From Patescibacteria group bacterium (GTDB taxonomy: Bacteria; Patescibacteriota; Patescibacteriia; JAGVFQ01): a stretch of DNA of 53,584 nucleotides. Where the stretch lies: the NCBI GenBank assembly GCA_020057505.1, contig JAGVFQ010000057.1, positions 1 through 53,584 of the forward strand. Reading direction: 5' to 3'. Positions within the stretch are counted from its first letter, which is position 1. Each line of letters starts with the position of its first letter. Below are positions 44,601 to 53,204 of this stretch, piece by piece. A program made the position numbers and the translations under genes. The notes beneath the pieces were generated by a model. It ran no database searches. It was given only the letters and a program-made list of their open reading frames with translations, and was not told the origin of the DNA.

Positions 44601-47537
44601 AAAGCTATTATACTCAGTCCGGCTGTAGGTAAAATCAGCATTGGGATTAATTAATTTCTTTTCGAGAGTTAAATTGCCTTTTTCTACAAGACCCCAATTC
44701 AAGGTGTCATAATAATACTCGCTTTGGCCAAGGACATTACCGCCTTGGCCGTAGCTCGTCTGTCTTTTGGGCAGAGTGAGAATATTTTTGTTTGAGTTTA
44801 AGGCGTATTCGATGTTAGTGCTGATTTTGTCCGTGCCCGTATCAGCGAAACTGCCATCATCATTGGCCGCTACCTCGCCATATTGAGCTTCGCTCGTAAC
44901 ATTGCCGTTCGCGTCGTCATAGACTGTAAGCGAAGCCTTATCTCTATGATCAGCGTTGCCATCATAGGCCATTTCAATGGTTTGGGTTTGTTTTACAAAA
45001 TCTCGGAAGCCGGGCAAGGCGGCGTCTTCCCATTTGTTAATATTAACTTGATACAATTTATCTAAAGCATCATATAATTCTTGGCGATAGACTTTATTGA
45101 CTTTGGAAATATGATCGCTCGTTTCGCCTTTGGCGGTGTCGCTACTATTGCCTTGATAATAATAGCTGATAGTCTTATTGCCGTCGCTGTCAGTCTCTGT
45201 GATAGTATGGAAACCCGTGAATTGTCGATCTAAATAGCCTAGAGAATAATATTCGCCCCCGGCATATTCATAGTTTAGAATAGAGAGATTATTAAAACCA
45301 TCATTAGTTTCGATTTTCTTTACGGTTTGTAAATTAAAAGGCAGTTTGGGATTTAGGATATTACTTGAGGCATCGAAATAATTAGCCGAACTCTGATAGT
45401 TGATTTTAGTTTTAGCGCCCAGGCGGTCATCAACTTCATTCATTAGATCCGGGACAATGCCTTGGTGAAGATAGACTTCGTTGCGGCCCTGGTAGCTGTT
45501 GGAGTACAAGACATCAAAAAGACCATCGCCGTTGATATCTTCAATCGCGGCGCCGTAGTTAATGCCATTTTGCGTGAGATAATTAACGGGAATTATCCAG
45601 GCCGGATCAAGAGTCCAGCCCAAGCCGGTATTAATGTAGACGCCATTGTATTGCAGATCGCTTGAAGCGTCTTTGCGCAGGAGATCAATGAGACCATCGC
45701 CATTCGCATCGGCAAACATCACGCCGGTATCATTGGCATTGCCGTTCGTAAATTTAAGCGGGATGGTCCAATTTGGGTCTTCGCTAAAACCATGGCCGGT
45801 ATTGAGATAGACTTTGTTGGGTGAGGTATTTTTAGCCGAGAGAATATCAATTAGACCGTCGTTATTCACATCCGCTAATCTCGCGCCCAGGTCGGCTGAG
45901 GAACCGATGAAATATATCGGGATAATCCAGCTAAAATCTTTAAACCAGCCCGTGCCGGTATTGATATAGACTTCTTTCCTCTGCCAGTATTCATTGGCGA
46001 AGACGATATCAATCCGGCCGTCACCGTTCAGATCAGTTAATCGCGCGCCGTAATTAATGCCATTTTGAGTGAGATCAATCGGCAGATTCCAATTCGGATC
46101 TTTGGCCCAGCCAGAACCAGTATTAATGTAGACGCCGTTAAACTGCGTATCATTTGAAGCGTCCTTACGCAGGAGGTCAACTAAACCGTCGCCGTTCACG
46201 TCGGCGAACATCACGCCGTTGTCATTGGCGTTGGCGTTCGCAAATTTCACGGGAATGTACCAATTTGGATCTTCCTTAAAACCGTTGCCGGTGTTTAGAT
46301 ATACTTTATTGGGAAAGGAATAATATGCCAAGAGAACGTCGGGCAGGCTATCGCCGTTCACATCAATCATTCTTGAACCCGTATCATGAGAACTTGAAGT
46401 GCCAAAAGAGGCCGGCAAGCTGAGACTCGCGTCTTTCACCCATTGTTTGCTTGATGGCGCGTAGCTGAATTTTGTCTCAGGGAGAGTAATAACGTTGTTA
46501 GAACTGTCTTGGCCTGATTCAGTGATTGACTGAAGCACTAATCGATTTGTATTAGTGCCGGAAGAATAGGCCAAGCTGTATTTTTTCGACCATTGGCCAT
46601 TAATTTTGACCACGATTTCTTTGATACGATAATTAGTTTCTGTTTTGAAGCCGGAGTTGTAGGAAACATTTTTGTCATTTCTAGCTTCGGACGTAAACTC
46701 TATTTCGAAAATTCCAGAGATAGCGCCATTGCCGGTGTAATATATCTTTTGCGGGTAGATCTGACCCGCATCTTTTATATATTCAAATTTAATCCAGTTG
46801 TCATTAAGATCTCGCATTTCTTCAAGCTGCCACTTATATATTCGATTGCTATCGACTGGATCATCTTGACGAGAATTGGCGGTGAGACCGAATTTGTATT
46901 GTGTACCCTTTTTGTCGGTCACGAGCCAGGAGTTGTCGTTCTGGAATTCATATTTTAAAAATTCGCCGTTATCAACTTTGGAACCGTAGAGGCCGTGGAT
47001 ATCATCGCTCAAACTGATTGATTTTAATTCACCGCTTAAAGAAGAAGTAAAATAGTTTTCGGTGTAGAGTTTGTCGCTGCCCAGTTTGTTTTGTCTTTCA
47101 ATCGAGGGAATACTCACTGACCAGCCGTAACCGAAAATATTGTCATTGTTTTTGGTTTGGCTATTGTAGGTTAAACTTAAAACCGGCCCGAAAGAATTAC
47201 GGCCGGCTGGAATTGAAATGGGATAATTGTAATTAAGAGCGCCGCTCATCTTGTCAGCTTCGATCTTGATTCCAGACTTAGTAGAATTTACATCTTGATC
47301 CGTCTGGCTAGGCGTTGGCGAAGCTGAGGCGGCGGCTTCGGGCGTGGCGCTCGCAGCGGGAGCGACGGCATTTTCATCAGTTGAGACGGCCACGGTTTCA
47401 GCTGTTGCCGTTATGGATTCAGTCGGGACGTTCGCGGTTTCCGCGGCGTAAATTACAGAAGGTAAAATTAACTCAAAAGAAAGAGAGAATATGAGGAGGA
47501 GAATTACTACTTGATTCAATTTTGGTTTCTTGACCAT
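41655..47537 (-). CDS. Secreted Rhs/YD polymorphic toxin (signal peptide, SpvB/TcB-like N-terminus, FG-GAP/VCBS repeats, YD repeats, Rhs core, toxin CT)
   Basis: Signal peptide to VIYA; PAGRNSFGPVLSLTYNS/FGYGWS; six D.NGDG..D repeats; RQFTGF; many YD repeats; YYGARYY, DP, NPLIYIDKTG. Confidence 0.93.
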   Translation of the reverse strand: MVKKPKLNQVVILLLIFSLSFELILPSVIYAAETANVPTESITATAETVAVSTDENAVAPAASATPEAAASASPTPSQTDQDVNSTKSGIKIEADKMSGALNYNYPISIPAGRNSFGPVLSLTYNSQTKNNDNIFGYGWSVSIPSIERQNKLGSDKLYTENYFTSSLSGELKSISLSDDIHGLYGSKVDNGEFLKYEFQNDNSWLVTDKKGTQYKFGLTANSRQDDPVDSNRIYKWQLEEMRDLNDNWIKFEYIKDAGQIYPQKIYYTGNGAISGIFEIEFTSEARNDKNVSYNSGFKTETNYRIKEIVVKINGQWSKKYSLAYSSGTNTNRLVLQSITESGQDSSNNVITLPETKFSYAPSSKQWVKDASLSLPASFGTSSSHDTGSRMIDVNGDSLPDVLLAYYSFPNKVYLNTGNGFKEDPNWYIPVKFANANANDNGVMFADVNGDGLVDLLRKDASNDTQFNGVYINTGSGWAKDPNWNLPIDLTQNGINYGARLTDLNGDGRIDIVFANEYWQRKEVYINTGTGWFKDFSWIIPIYFIGSSADLGARLADVNNDGLIDILSAKNTSPNKVYLNTGHGFSEDPNWTIPLKFTNGNANDTGVMFADANGDGLIDLLRKDASSDLQYNGVYINTGLGWTLDPAWIIPVNYLTQNGINYGAAIEDINGDGLFDVLYSNSYQGRNEVYLHQGIVPDLMNEVDDRLGAKTKINYQSSANYFDASSNILNPKLPFNLQTVKKIETNDGFNNLSILNYEYAGGEYYSLGYLDRQFTGFHTITETDSDGNKTISYYYQGNSSDTAKGETSDHISKVNKVYRQELYDALDKLYQVNINKWEDAALPGFRDFVKQTQTIEMAYDGNADHRDKASLTVYDDANGNVTSEAQYGEVAANDDGSFADTGTDKISTNIEYALNSNKNILTLPKRQTSYGQGGNVLGQSEYYYDTLNWGLVEKGNLTLEKKLINPNADFTYSRTEYNSFGLPISSTNPRGFKTSVSYDAYNLYPAQIVNPKNQITTSTYDYFTGEPIEIIDPNNFKTQKVYDALNRPVKELITNPSNTAQLIETKRYEYNDINFPTSVTEKFYPNQNDNNGQLIEITKKTYVDGLGRTIQTKAKAENGLFVANNLSYNERGFLAKEFLPEFSLTLDFESIDQNDPNNTYAYDALGRVTKISNSLGSTSFSYDQWNKTITDPNAKQKIFYFDARNNLIKVTEFLAGVAKNTAYIYNQLNYLTKITDARGNIRKFSYDLLGRKTREEDLHNPADLTFGVGTKSYDKNNNLTQTIDPRGLKVRYTYDVLDRLTSENIVNADNTLTRQLTYVYDAGINGIGRLTKASNSTYEKNYTYDIAGRKLKEVFKTDKSVSSPLSYGQTFTTTYSYDSLNNLVSIKYPDNSQIKYVLNNAGQIEKIANPVTNVDILKSVDYEVNGQIKRIEMGNGAITTNIYDRNQMYRLINKSTGANSVKIQDLTYTYDAVGNVTHISDKSAGNLAKEADYTYDDLYRLTKATITFAANGKNYTQAYSYDALGNILNKSDVGKYVYDGSSSATWAATYTNPDAVTKAGAQVFGYDNSGNLISDGIFNYSWNYKNELLSSNKIGKAVSYAYDENGQRILKSVTVGSTIKTYYPNQYTEKENGISRDRIYLGDTNIATIKNNVIYYSHSDQLGSSSIETNAAGQIVESLDYYPFGSVRLDEKTSTYEDNHKYTGKELDEETNLYYYGARYYNGKIGRFVSVDPAYSAVGNAGQLKSKTGLDLKTYLSNPQAQNSYSYATNNPLIYIDKTGNFAFLIPIAVYVAVYAPVWVPAVVTFSAAATLAISAPLMGGSVYSYSKGDYKTGNDMNDLAVGVMGIEAGVAGATMSTGEMLMSKTKFNKNNDLRAVEHAQKHYPNLSKSQLEDLVKQTRVNADIKIEIGGKVSKTYYYNSKTNDLFIDNPKQPTIFQPDKGINYLDESIKKDIERGGVLK

Positions 47538-47615
47538 GAAATCAGGATTATTTGATGATATGTGTATTTTAATTCAAAATTGGATGCGACGCAAATATAT
47601 GCGACGCGTCCTAGA

Positions 47616-47901
47616 CACCTGACTTAGCATAGGATACCTGCGGGACTTCGACTCGAACGCGTCCCGGTCGCCCTAGAGCCGTTCGAGTCCAGGACACGCG
47701 AAGCATCATGGACTCGAACTTTTTGCCAAAAATAGTCGGGGCGTCTCGGTCACCTGACTTAGCATAGGATACCTGCGAGACTTCGACTCGAACGCGTCCT
47801 GGTCGCCCTAGAGCCGTTCGAGTCCATGACACGCGAAGCATCATGGACTCGAACTTTTTGCCAAAAATAGTCGGGGTGTCTCGGTCACCTGACTTAGCAT
47901 A
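47616..47901. repeat. 135-bp tandem repeat (2.1 copies) derived from the tRNA-Gln 3' half plus trailer
   Basis: Units start at 47616, 47751 and 47886; 4 differences between full copies; in register with the tRNA. Confidence 0.9.
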
Positions 47902-47907
47902 AGCCTA

Positions 47908-47978
47908 CTGCCAGACCTGGATTCGAACCAGGATAGTCGCCTTCAAAGGGCGATGTCCTACCGTTAGACGATCTGGCA
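47908..47978 (-). tRNA. tRNA-Gln (TTG)
   Basis: TGCCAGA/TCTGGCA acceptor stem, TCGCC-CTTTGAA-GGCGA anticodon arm, GGTTCGAATCC; CCA not encoded. Confidence 0.95.
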
Positions 47979-48075
47979 ATACAAAACGAGATAACAGATA
48001 TCAAATAATAGATAATAGTTTCTAACTTTCTATTATCTATTCGCTATCTAATATCTGTTATCTATTATCTGTTTA

Positions 48076-48996
48076 CTAAACTTTCAAATACTTCCCTACC
48101 GCGAGAGCACTACTCACCACGCTCAAGACTATCGAGCCCAAAAGTTGCAGACCAAAAATTTTAAGAAAATTTTGGTTGTAATAGCTCACGACGTCAAAGC
48201 CGGTCCCGCCGAAAAAATTAATCAAATACGGCTGAATGACTCCCAAGAGCGGATAAACAACGGCAAAGGTGAGAAGGCAGGCAAAGATGGCGTAAAACAT
48301 ACCTTCCACAATAAATGGCAGGCGAACAAACCAGCTTGTAGCGCCCACGAGCCTCATGACGCCGATTTCTTCACGATGCGTATAAATCGCCACGCGGATG
48401 GTGTTAAAAATAATCAGTATGGCAATTAAAACAAATATTCCGCTCAAAATCAAGCCCCCGCGGCTCGTCTTGTTTTTAATGTTGGAAATTTTTTCAATTA
48501 ACAATTTGTGATCGTCAAAATTTTTGTCTTGTACCAGATTATCAGGCAGAACATCCGGACTACTTAATTTGTCCATAATGGCGGCATAATCCTCAGTTTT
48601 GTAAGCCTTGATAATCAAAGAAGCGCCCAAGGGATTGTCCCCTATCTCATTTAGCGCGTCAAGAATCTTTGGCTCATCTTTATGAGTCTCTTTGAAATTC
48701 TTTAGAGCATCTTCCTTGGATACGTAATTAATTTCTTTTACCTGCGGCGCGAGAAGCAAAGCCGCTTTTACTTCATTGATTTTAGCTTCAGCTGCGTCCA
48801 CTTTGAAAAAAACGGTCAAATCGACTTTGTCTTCCACGAAATTAATAGCTGTATCCGTCAGCTGATTAAAAACAATTAAAAAATTAATTAAAAATAAATT
48901 GAAAAATAAAACCGTGATCGTGATAATCGATAGCCAGATATTCCGCCAAAAATCTTGCCAGGCGAATTTGAAAATGCGAGAAGTTGTAGTTAGCAT
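48076..48996 (-). CDS. ftsX: Cell division permease-like protein FtsX
   Basis: YVSKEDAL, NPLGASL, IFNTIRVAIY..REEIGVMRLVGA..WFVRLPF; downstream of ftsE. Confidence 0.92.
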   Translation of the reverse strand: MLTTTSRIFKFAWQDFWRNIWLSIITITVLFFNLFLINFLIVFNQLTDTAINFVEDKVDLTVFFKVDAAEAKINEVKAALLLAPQVKEINYVSKEDALKNFKETHKDEPKILDALNEIGDNPLGASLIIKAYKTEDYAAIMDKLSSPDVLPDNLVQDKNFDDHKLLIEKISNIKNKTSRGGLILSGIFVLIAILIIFNTIRVAIYTHREEIGVMRLVGATSWFVRLPFIVEGMFYAIFACLLTFAVVYPLLGVIQPYLINFFGGTGFDVVSYYNQNFLKIFGLQLLGSIVLSVVSSALAVGKYLKV

Positions 48997-49072
48997 ATTG
49001 GCGTAGGAAACGAAGGAAACGTAGTAACGAATTATCGCTGCGCTCGTTCATTTTATTTTAATTTCTTATTAA

Positions 49073-49146
49073 GAGATATTGCTTCGTCGCTACATTATCT
49101 ATCCTTCGAGAGCCTCAGGATGACAATTCCGCTCTTCGCAATGACA
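49073..49146. repeat. Nested REP-like elements between ftsE and ftsX
   Basis: GAGATATTGCTTCGTCGCT...[ATCCTTCGAGAGCCTCAGGATGACA]...CGCTCTTCGCAATGACA. Confidence 0.6.
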
Positions 49147-49189
49147 GGCTTCTCTCCATTATCCATCTTTAGCTTAATGTTTAAATGAA

Positions 49190-49870
49190 TTACAACACGT
49201 ACTTCCCCTCTTCTTGGTCGCTCGAAATAGTCCCGCGATCGAGCGAAACAACCCGCTTGCGGAGAAAATTCACCACTTCGCGATTGTGCGTCACGAGCAG
49301 AATAGTCGTGCCGAGTTCGTTGATTTTTACCAGCAAATCAATAATGTCTTTAGTATTGATCGAATCAAGATTGCCCGTTGGCTCGTCGGCGACGAGAATC
49401 TTCGGCCGGTGAACCAAGGCTCGCGCGATGGCTGTCCTTTGAGTTTCTCCGCCCGAGATCTGATGCGGATAGCGTTCCATTTTATCTTTAAGGCCGACAA
49501 TCTTCAAGACCTGCGGGACAACGCTATTGATAATGCTCGTGGGCGCGCCGCAAACTTCAAGCGCGAAAGAAACATTTTCAAAAACAGTCTTCTGGGGCAG
49601 TAGTTTGAAATCCTGAAAAACCACGCCAATCTGCCGACGCAGCACCGGCACTTCGGACTGCTTGATATTGGAAATATCCCAGCCACCGATAATAATCTTC
49701 CCTTTCTCCGGCTTTTCTTCGGCGATCAAAAGCTTCACTAAAGTAGTTTTGCCCGTGCCGCTCTGACCGACGAGCGAAACAAACTCTTTGGACTGAATGC
49801 TCAAATTAATATCCTTCACCGCCACCACATCCGGCGGATAAAGCTTGGTTACATTTTTGAAAATAATCAT
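49190..49870 (-). CDS. ftsE: Cell division ATP-binding protein FtsE
   Basis: [36 protein letters not shown]. Confidence 0.93.
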   Translation of the reverse strand: MIIFKNVTKLYPPDVVAVKDINLSIQSKEFVSLVGQSGTGKTTLVKLLIAEEKPEKGKIIIGGWDISNIKQSEVPVLRRQIGVVFQDFKLLPQKTVFENVSFALEVCGAPTSIINSVVPQVLKIVGLKDKMERYPHQISGGETQRTAIARALVHRPKILVADEPTGNLDSINTKDIIDLLVKINELGTTILLVTHNREVVNFLRKRVVSLDRGTISSDQEEGKYVL

Positions 49871-50040
49871 ACCAAATTAAACTTAGTAGTTTTAGCTATA
49901 AATCTTTTTTAAATAAAACTAACTATAATAATAGATAAAACCTATTAATAATTTTCAATTTAAAATTTACAATTTTCAATAAATGTTTTAATTTTATAAT
50001 TTTATAATTAACTAATTGAAAATTGATTGGAAATTAGAAA

Positions 50041-50832
50041 TTAGAAATTTTCAACAACCGGCTCCACTTTCACCTTTACCACTCCCAATCTCTTATCGGC
50101 AATTTTCTTGAAAGCCGTAACGTCGAGATCAATTACCCGATCCGGGAAAATATTCCTTTCCGGACCCCAATCATTAATTCGGACAACCACTGATTTGCCA
50201 TTAACCATATTAGTCACTTTAATCTTGGTCTTTTTCGGATAATCCGGCGACGCGGCACAATCGCAGTCTTTGTACTTGTACCAGCTGGCATAACCGCTCT
50301 CCTTTACTATTATATCACCTAAAACGGCAACACGGGCATAAGGCAAGTGTAATATCGATTTAACCATCTTATTTTTAACATCGCTTGAAGAGGGCAATGT
50401 CTGCCAGATACCTTTCGTTTTATTCCAGAAATAAATTTTCTTCAAATCATCGGAATAGTCGCCATATCCAATTTCTAAACTCAGCGGTTTTTTATTATTG
50501 AATAATGCTTTGTTTTTTATATCGAATTGATAAATTTCACTAATCAATCTTTTGTTCTTGGACAAGGGCATCTCCGCGCCGTCCACTTTGATTATCTCCA
50601 CTGCCGAATCGCCCTTAATCGCTCCCGAGCCAATGCCTAATTTAAAGAGATCAAAGCTCGCGGTATAGCCTTTTTCCAGTGTTTTTTGATCCAGAACAAT
50701 AAAAAAATTATTTTGCGCATTCTCTACTGCGTTGGAAATCAAGACGTCATCAGCCAAAACAGTTTGACTAATTAGCAAATTTAAGATTATAATGAAAAAC
50801 AGAATAGACATTTTTTTGATTACTCTTCTCAT
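50041..50832 (-). CDS. Exported RlpA-like (double-psi beta-barrel) protein
   Basis: Signal peptide; GYASWY, KVTN..NGKSVVVRINDWGP, RVIDLD..AF. Confidence 0.85.
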   Translation of the reverse strand: MRRVIKKMSILFFIIILNLLISQTVLADDVLISNAVENAQNNFFIVLDQKTLEKGYTASFDLFKLGIGSGAIKGDSAVEIIKVDGAEMPLSKNKRLISEIYQFDIKNKALFNNKKPLSLEIGYGDYSDDLKKIYFWNKTKGIWQTLPSSSDVKNKMVKSILHLPYARVAVLGDIIVKESGYASWYKYKDCDCAASPDYPKKTKIKVTNMVNGKSVVVRINDWGPERNIFPDRVIDLDVTAFKKIADKRLGVVKVKVEPVVENF

Positions 50833-50859
50833 AATAATTATAGATTAACCCTTCTCTAA

Positions 50860-50930
50860 AGCGGGTAACGGGAATCGAACCCGTGCCACAACCTTGGGAA
50901 GGTCGCGTACTACCACTATACGATACCCGC
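50860..50930 (-). tRNA. tRNA-Gly (CCC)
   Basis: GCGGGTA/TACCCGC acceptor stem, CGACC-TTCCCAA-GGTTG, GGTTCGATTCC. Confidence 0.95.
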
Positions 50931-50959
50931 TCACTATACAATTGCGCAGAATTCTAATT

Positions 50960-51035
50960 GCCGACGTAGCTCAGCTAGCAGAGCAATGCTTTCGTAAAGC
51001 AGAGGTCGTGGGTGCAAATCCCACCGTCGGCTCCA
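50960..51035 (+). tRNA. tRNA-Thr (CGT)
   Basis: GCCGACG/CGTCGGC acceptor stem, TGCT-TTCGTAA-AGCA, GTGGG-TGCAAAT-CCCAC, encoded TCCA. Confidence 0.9.
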
Positions 51036-51077
51036 ATTTTTAATTTTATTCTTATAATCTTAACTGAATCAACTTGC

Positions 51078-51103
51078 CATACTTCGAGAACCTCAGTATG
51101 ACA
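51078..51103. repeat. CTTCGA...CTCAG...TGACA REP-like unit
   Basis: CATACTTCGAGAACCTCAGTATGACA; same family as 49101 and 26831. Confidence 0.6.
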
Positions 51104-51147
51104 AGTTTTTTATTCGCCCGCATTCGCAAAGATTCGCATTATTAGCA

Positions 51148-52164
51148 TTATATCATCTTATATATCTTCGCCTGGTCAGTTTTCTCTTTCAAGAATGTGC
51201 CCAGATCCATTATTTTTATTAAAATATGCCTGGCGCGCACCTGCTCTTCTTTCGAATTCGGATCGGTTTTCTTCTCTTCAACTTTTATAATATGGTAGCC
51301 GAATTGGGTTTTAATAAGACCGCTCGTTTCTCCGGGTTGAAGCGCGAAAGCGGTATCTTCAAATTCTTTTATCATCACTCCCCGGCCAAAAAGTCCCAAA
51401 TCCCCGCCCTGAACCGCGCTACCCGGGTCATCGCTATATTCCTTGGCCAAATCTTCAAAAGATTTTTGGCCGTCTTGAACCAGCTTCAAAACTTCTTCAG
51501 CTTTGGTTTTCGCGCCGCGGTTTAATTCCTCGTCATTAGAAACCGCTACTTCTAATTTTTTCTGTACCAAAAACGGCTTCAAAACTTTTTCCTTAAACTG
51601 ATCCGGACCCCACTGGTAAAGATCATTAAGAATTTTTTTGACATTGTCCAAACTGCCGGCTTCGGCAACCACTTTTTCAAATTCAGAATTCACTTCATCG
51701 TCGCTGACATTAATCTTATAATAATTCGCCGCTTCCGCGGTAATTTCGTCATTAATCATACGATCCAAAACATTAGTTTTTAATTCATCAGCGGGAGGGG
51801 TTTGTATTTTGCTGGCGCTTAACGCCGCCTGCTGTTTGTAATAATAATTCAAAGTTTTTAAATCCTCGTTGAAATTATTTAAGGAAAGAACTTTGAAATT
51901 AACCAGAGCGGCTGGATAGGGAAAAATTTTCGCCACGCCGTTGCTATATGGATTATCCCACTTAAATTTATAGATGCCTACGCCGCAAATAACTAAGACA
52001 AGAATAACAACCGCGGCCAAGCCAGCCAATATCCCCAAAATGAATTTTCCGGTCAATCCGGCTTTGGCGGTTTTAAGCCGCGAGAAAATATTTCCGTTTT
52101 TGGTTTTGATTATTTCTTTCATTGAACCGTCTTCTGTCTCAATATTTTTTTCTTCTTCTATCAT
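51148..52164 (-). CDS. PrsA/SurA-like parvulin peptidyl-prolyl isomerase
   Basis: TM anchor, SurA N-domain, [38 protein letters not shown]. Confidence 0.9.
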   Translation of the reverse strand: MIEEEKNIETEDGSMKEIIKTKNGNIFSRLKTAKAGLTGKFILGILAGLAAVVILVLVICGVGIYKFKWDNPYSNGVAKIFPYPAALVNFKVLSLNNFNEDLKTLNYYYKQQAALSASKIQTPPADELKTNVLDRMINDEITAEAANYYKINVSDDEVNSEFEKVVAEAGSLDNVKKILNDLYQWGPDQFKEKVLKPFLVQKKLEVAVSNDEELNRGAKTKAEEVLKLVQDGQKSFEDLAKEYSDDPGSAVQGGDLGLFGRGVMIKEFEDTAFALQPGETSGLIKTQFGYHIIKVEEKKTDPNSKEEQVRARHILIKIMDLGTFLKEKTDQAKIYKMI

Positions 52165-52200
52165 AGTTATTTGTTCTGAGTTATTTAATTTTAAATAAAT

Positions 52201-52602
52201 TTAATTATTTACAGATTTAAAAAAATAATTCCACCAGCTTCGAGCGTTTGGTTCTTCTTCCGCCAAATTAACTTTGTCTTTCCCCTGGTTATTTACCGCG
52301 TTATTTTCAGGAATGACAATCACTGATTCGCCGGGTTTGGCCAAACCAAGCTTGAGTCTGGCTTCCTCTTCGGCGAAAGAATTGGTATTGACAAAATCAA
52401 TCAGCGAGTAAAGGTCTTTGTTCCTGCCTTCCAGCCTTTTCACCTCGTCTTCTAGCTTCGTAATATCGCCTTTCATCTCGTAGCTTTTAACCAAATTTTC
52501 CCCAATAGAAAAAAAAAGAGCAATAGAAAACACCGCAATAATTGCCAAAAAAACAGGAGTATAAAAAAATATTTTCAAGAATATTTTTGTCCCCTTCTTC
52601 AT
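52201..52602 (-). CDS. Septum formation initiator (DivIC/FtsB family)
   Basis: TM helix, coiled coil, EEEARLKLGLAKPGESVI. Confidence 0.85.
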   Translation of the reverse strand: MKKGTKIFLKIFFYTPVFLAIIAVFSIALFFSIGENLVKSYEMKGDITKLEDEVKRLEGRNKDLYSLIDFVNTNSFAEEEARLKLGLAKPGESVIVIPENNAVNNQGKDKVNLAEEEPNARSWWNYFFKSVNN

Positions 52603-52729
52603 ATTGTATATTATATCATTTTAGAAAAAAATTACAACGGGTACTACATGCGGACTTGACGCGGACTATTGGGCGGATTATTTAAGCATTTAATAATAAC
52701 TATCCTGTATTAAATCAGAAAACTAACAC

Positions 52730-53110
52730 CCCTTCTGCCATGCCCATTGGACGGACTAAAAGAGCGCGATATTCCCCCTTAGCAAAGGGGTCAGGGGGTT
52801 GTTCACCACAAAACTTTTTAAATTATATAATTGGGGAATCTATAATATTCAATATACTACTAATATATTTTTATTTGAATTCCCACCGCCTAGCCATAAA
52901 TGGACTAGGCTGGTTTATCGAAACCCCATTAATGGGGTTTCCGTGCTATAGACCGGCCATTTATGGCTGGGCTATTGAATTGTTGTTATAATAAATTTTC
53001 ATATTTAAGCGTGCACATCCCCCTTAGCAAAGGGGGAATCGGCGGTTCCCCTCCTGCCTGCCTGTCCGCCAAAGCGATAGCGTCGGTGGAAGGAGGGGGC
53101 AGGGGGAGGT
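52730..53110. repeat. Cluster of palindromic REP-like elements
   Basis: CCCCCTTAGCAAAGGGG at 52772 and 53018; AGCCATAAATGG/AAACCCCATTAATGGGGTTT/CCATTTATGGCT composite at about 52890-52975; CCCCTCCT..AGGAGGGG with a 30-bp insert at 53061-53090. Confidence 0.7.
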
Positions 53111-53204
53111 GGGAGATTTTTTTTCTTAACAAAAGCAAGATTTAAACCAATATTAAAAACCAATTACTGCCAACCAAACTTCCTATAATTTTAATCTTTG
53201 ATTT

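Noticed and set aside
37063..47537. Diversity-generating retroelement or T6SS locus
   Set aside because: No reverse transcriptase, and core copies differ at all bases rather than only adenines. No VgrG, PAAR or Hcp.
47611..47844. 77-aa ORF with an internal repeat
   Set aside because: By-product of a 135-bp (multiple of 3) tRNA-derived repeat; no RBS or protein features.
47616..47901. CRISPR array
   Set aside because: The sequence between the recurring motifs is near-identical rather than unique spacers, the period is 135 bp, and no cas genes are present.
505..53145. Numerous antisense or overlapping ORFs in the six-frame track (e.g. 928-1449, 4462-4941, 28620-29039, 39395-39865, 52740-53145)
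   Set aside because: They are shadows of well-supported genes on the opposite strand, or read through palindromic repeats, and have no motifs.
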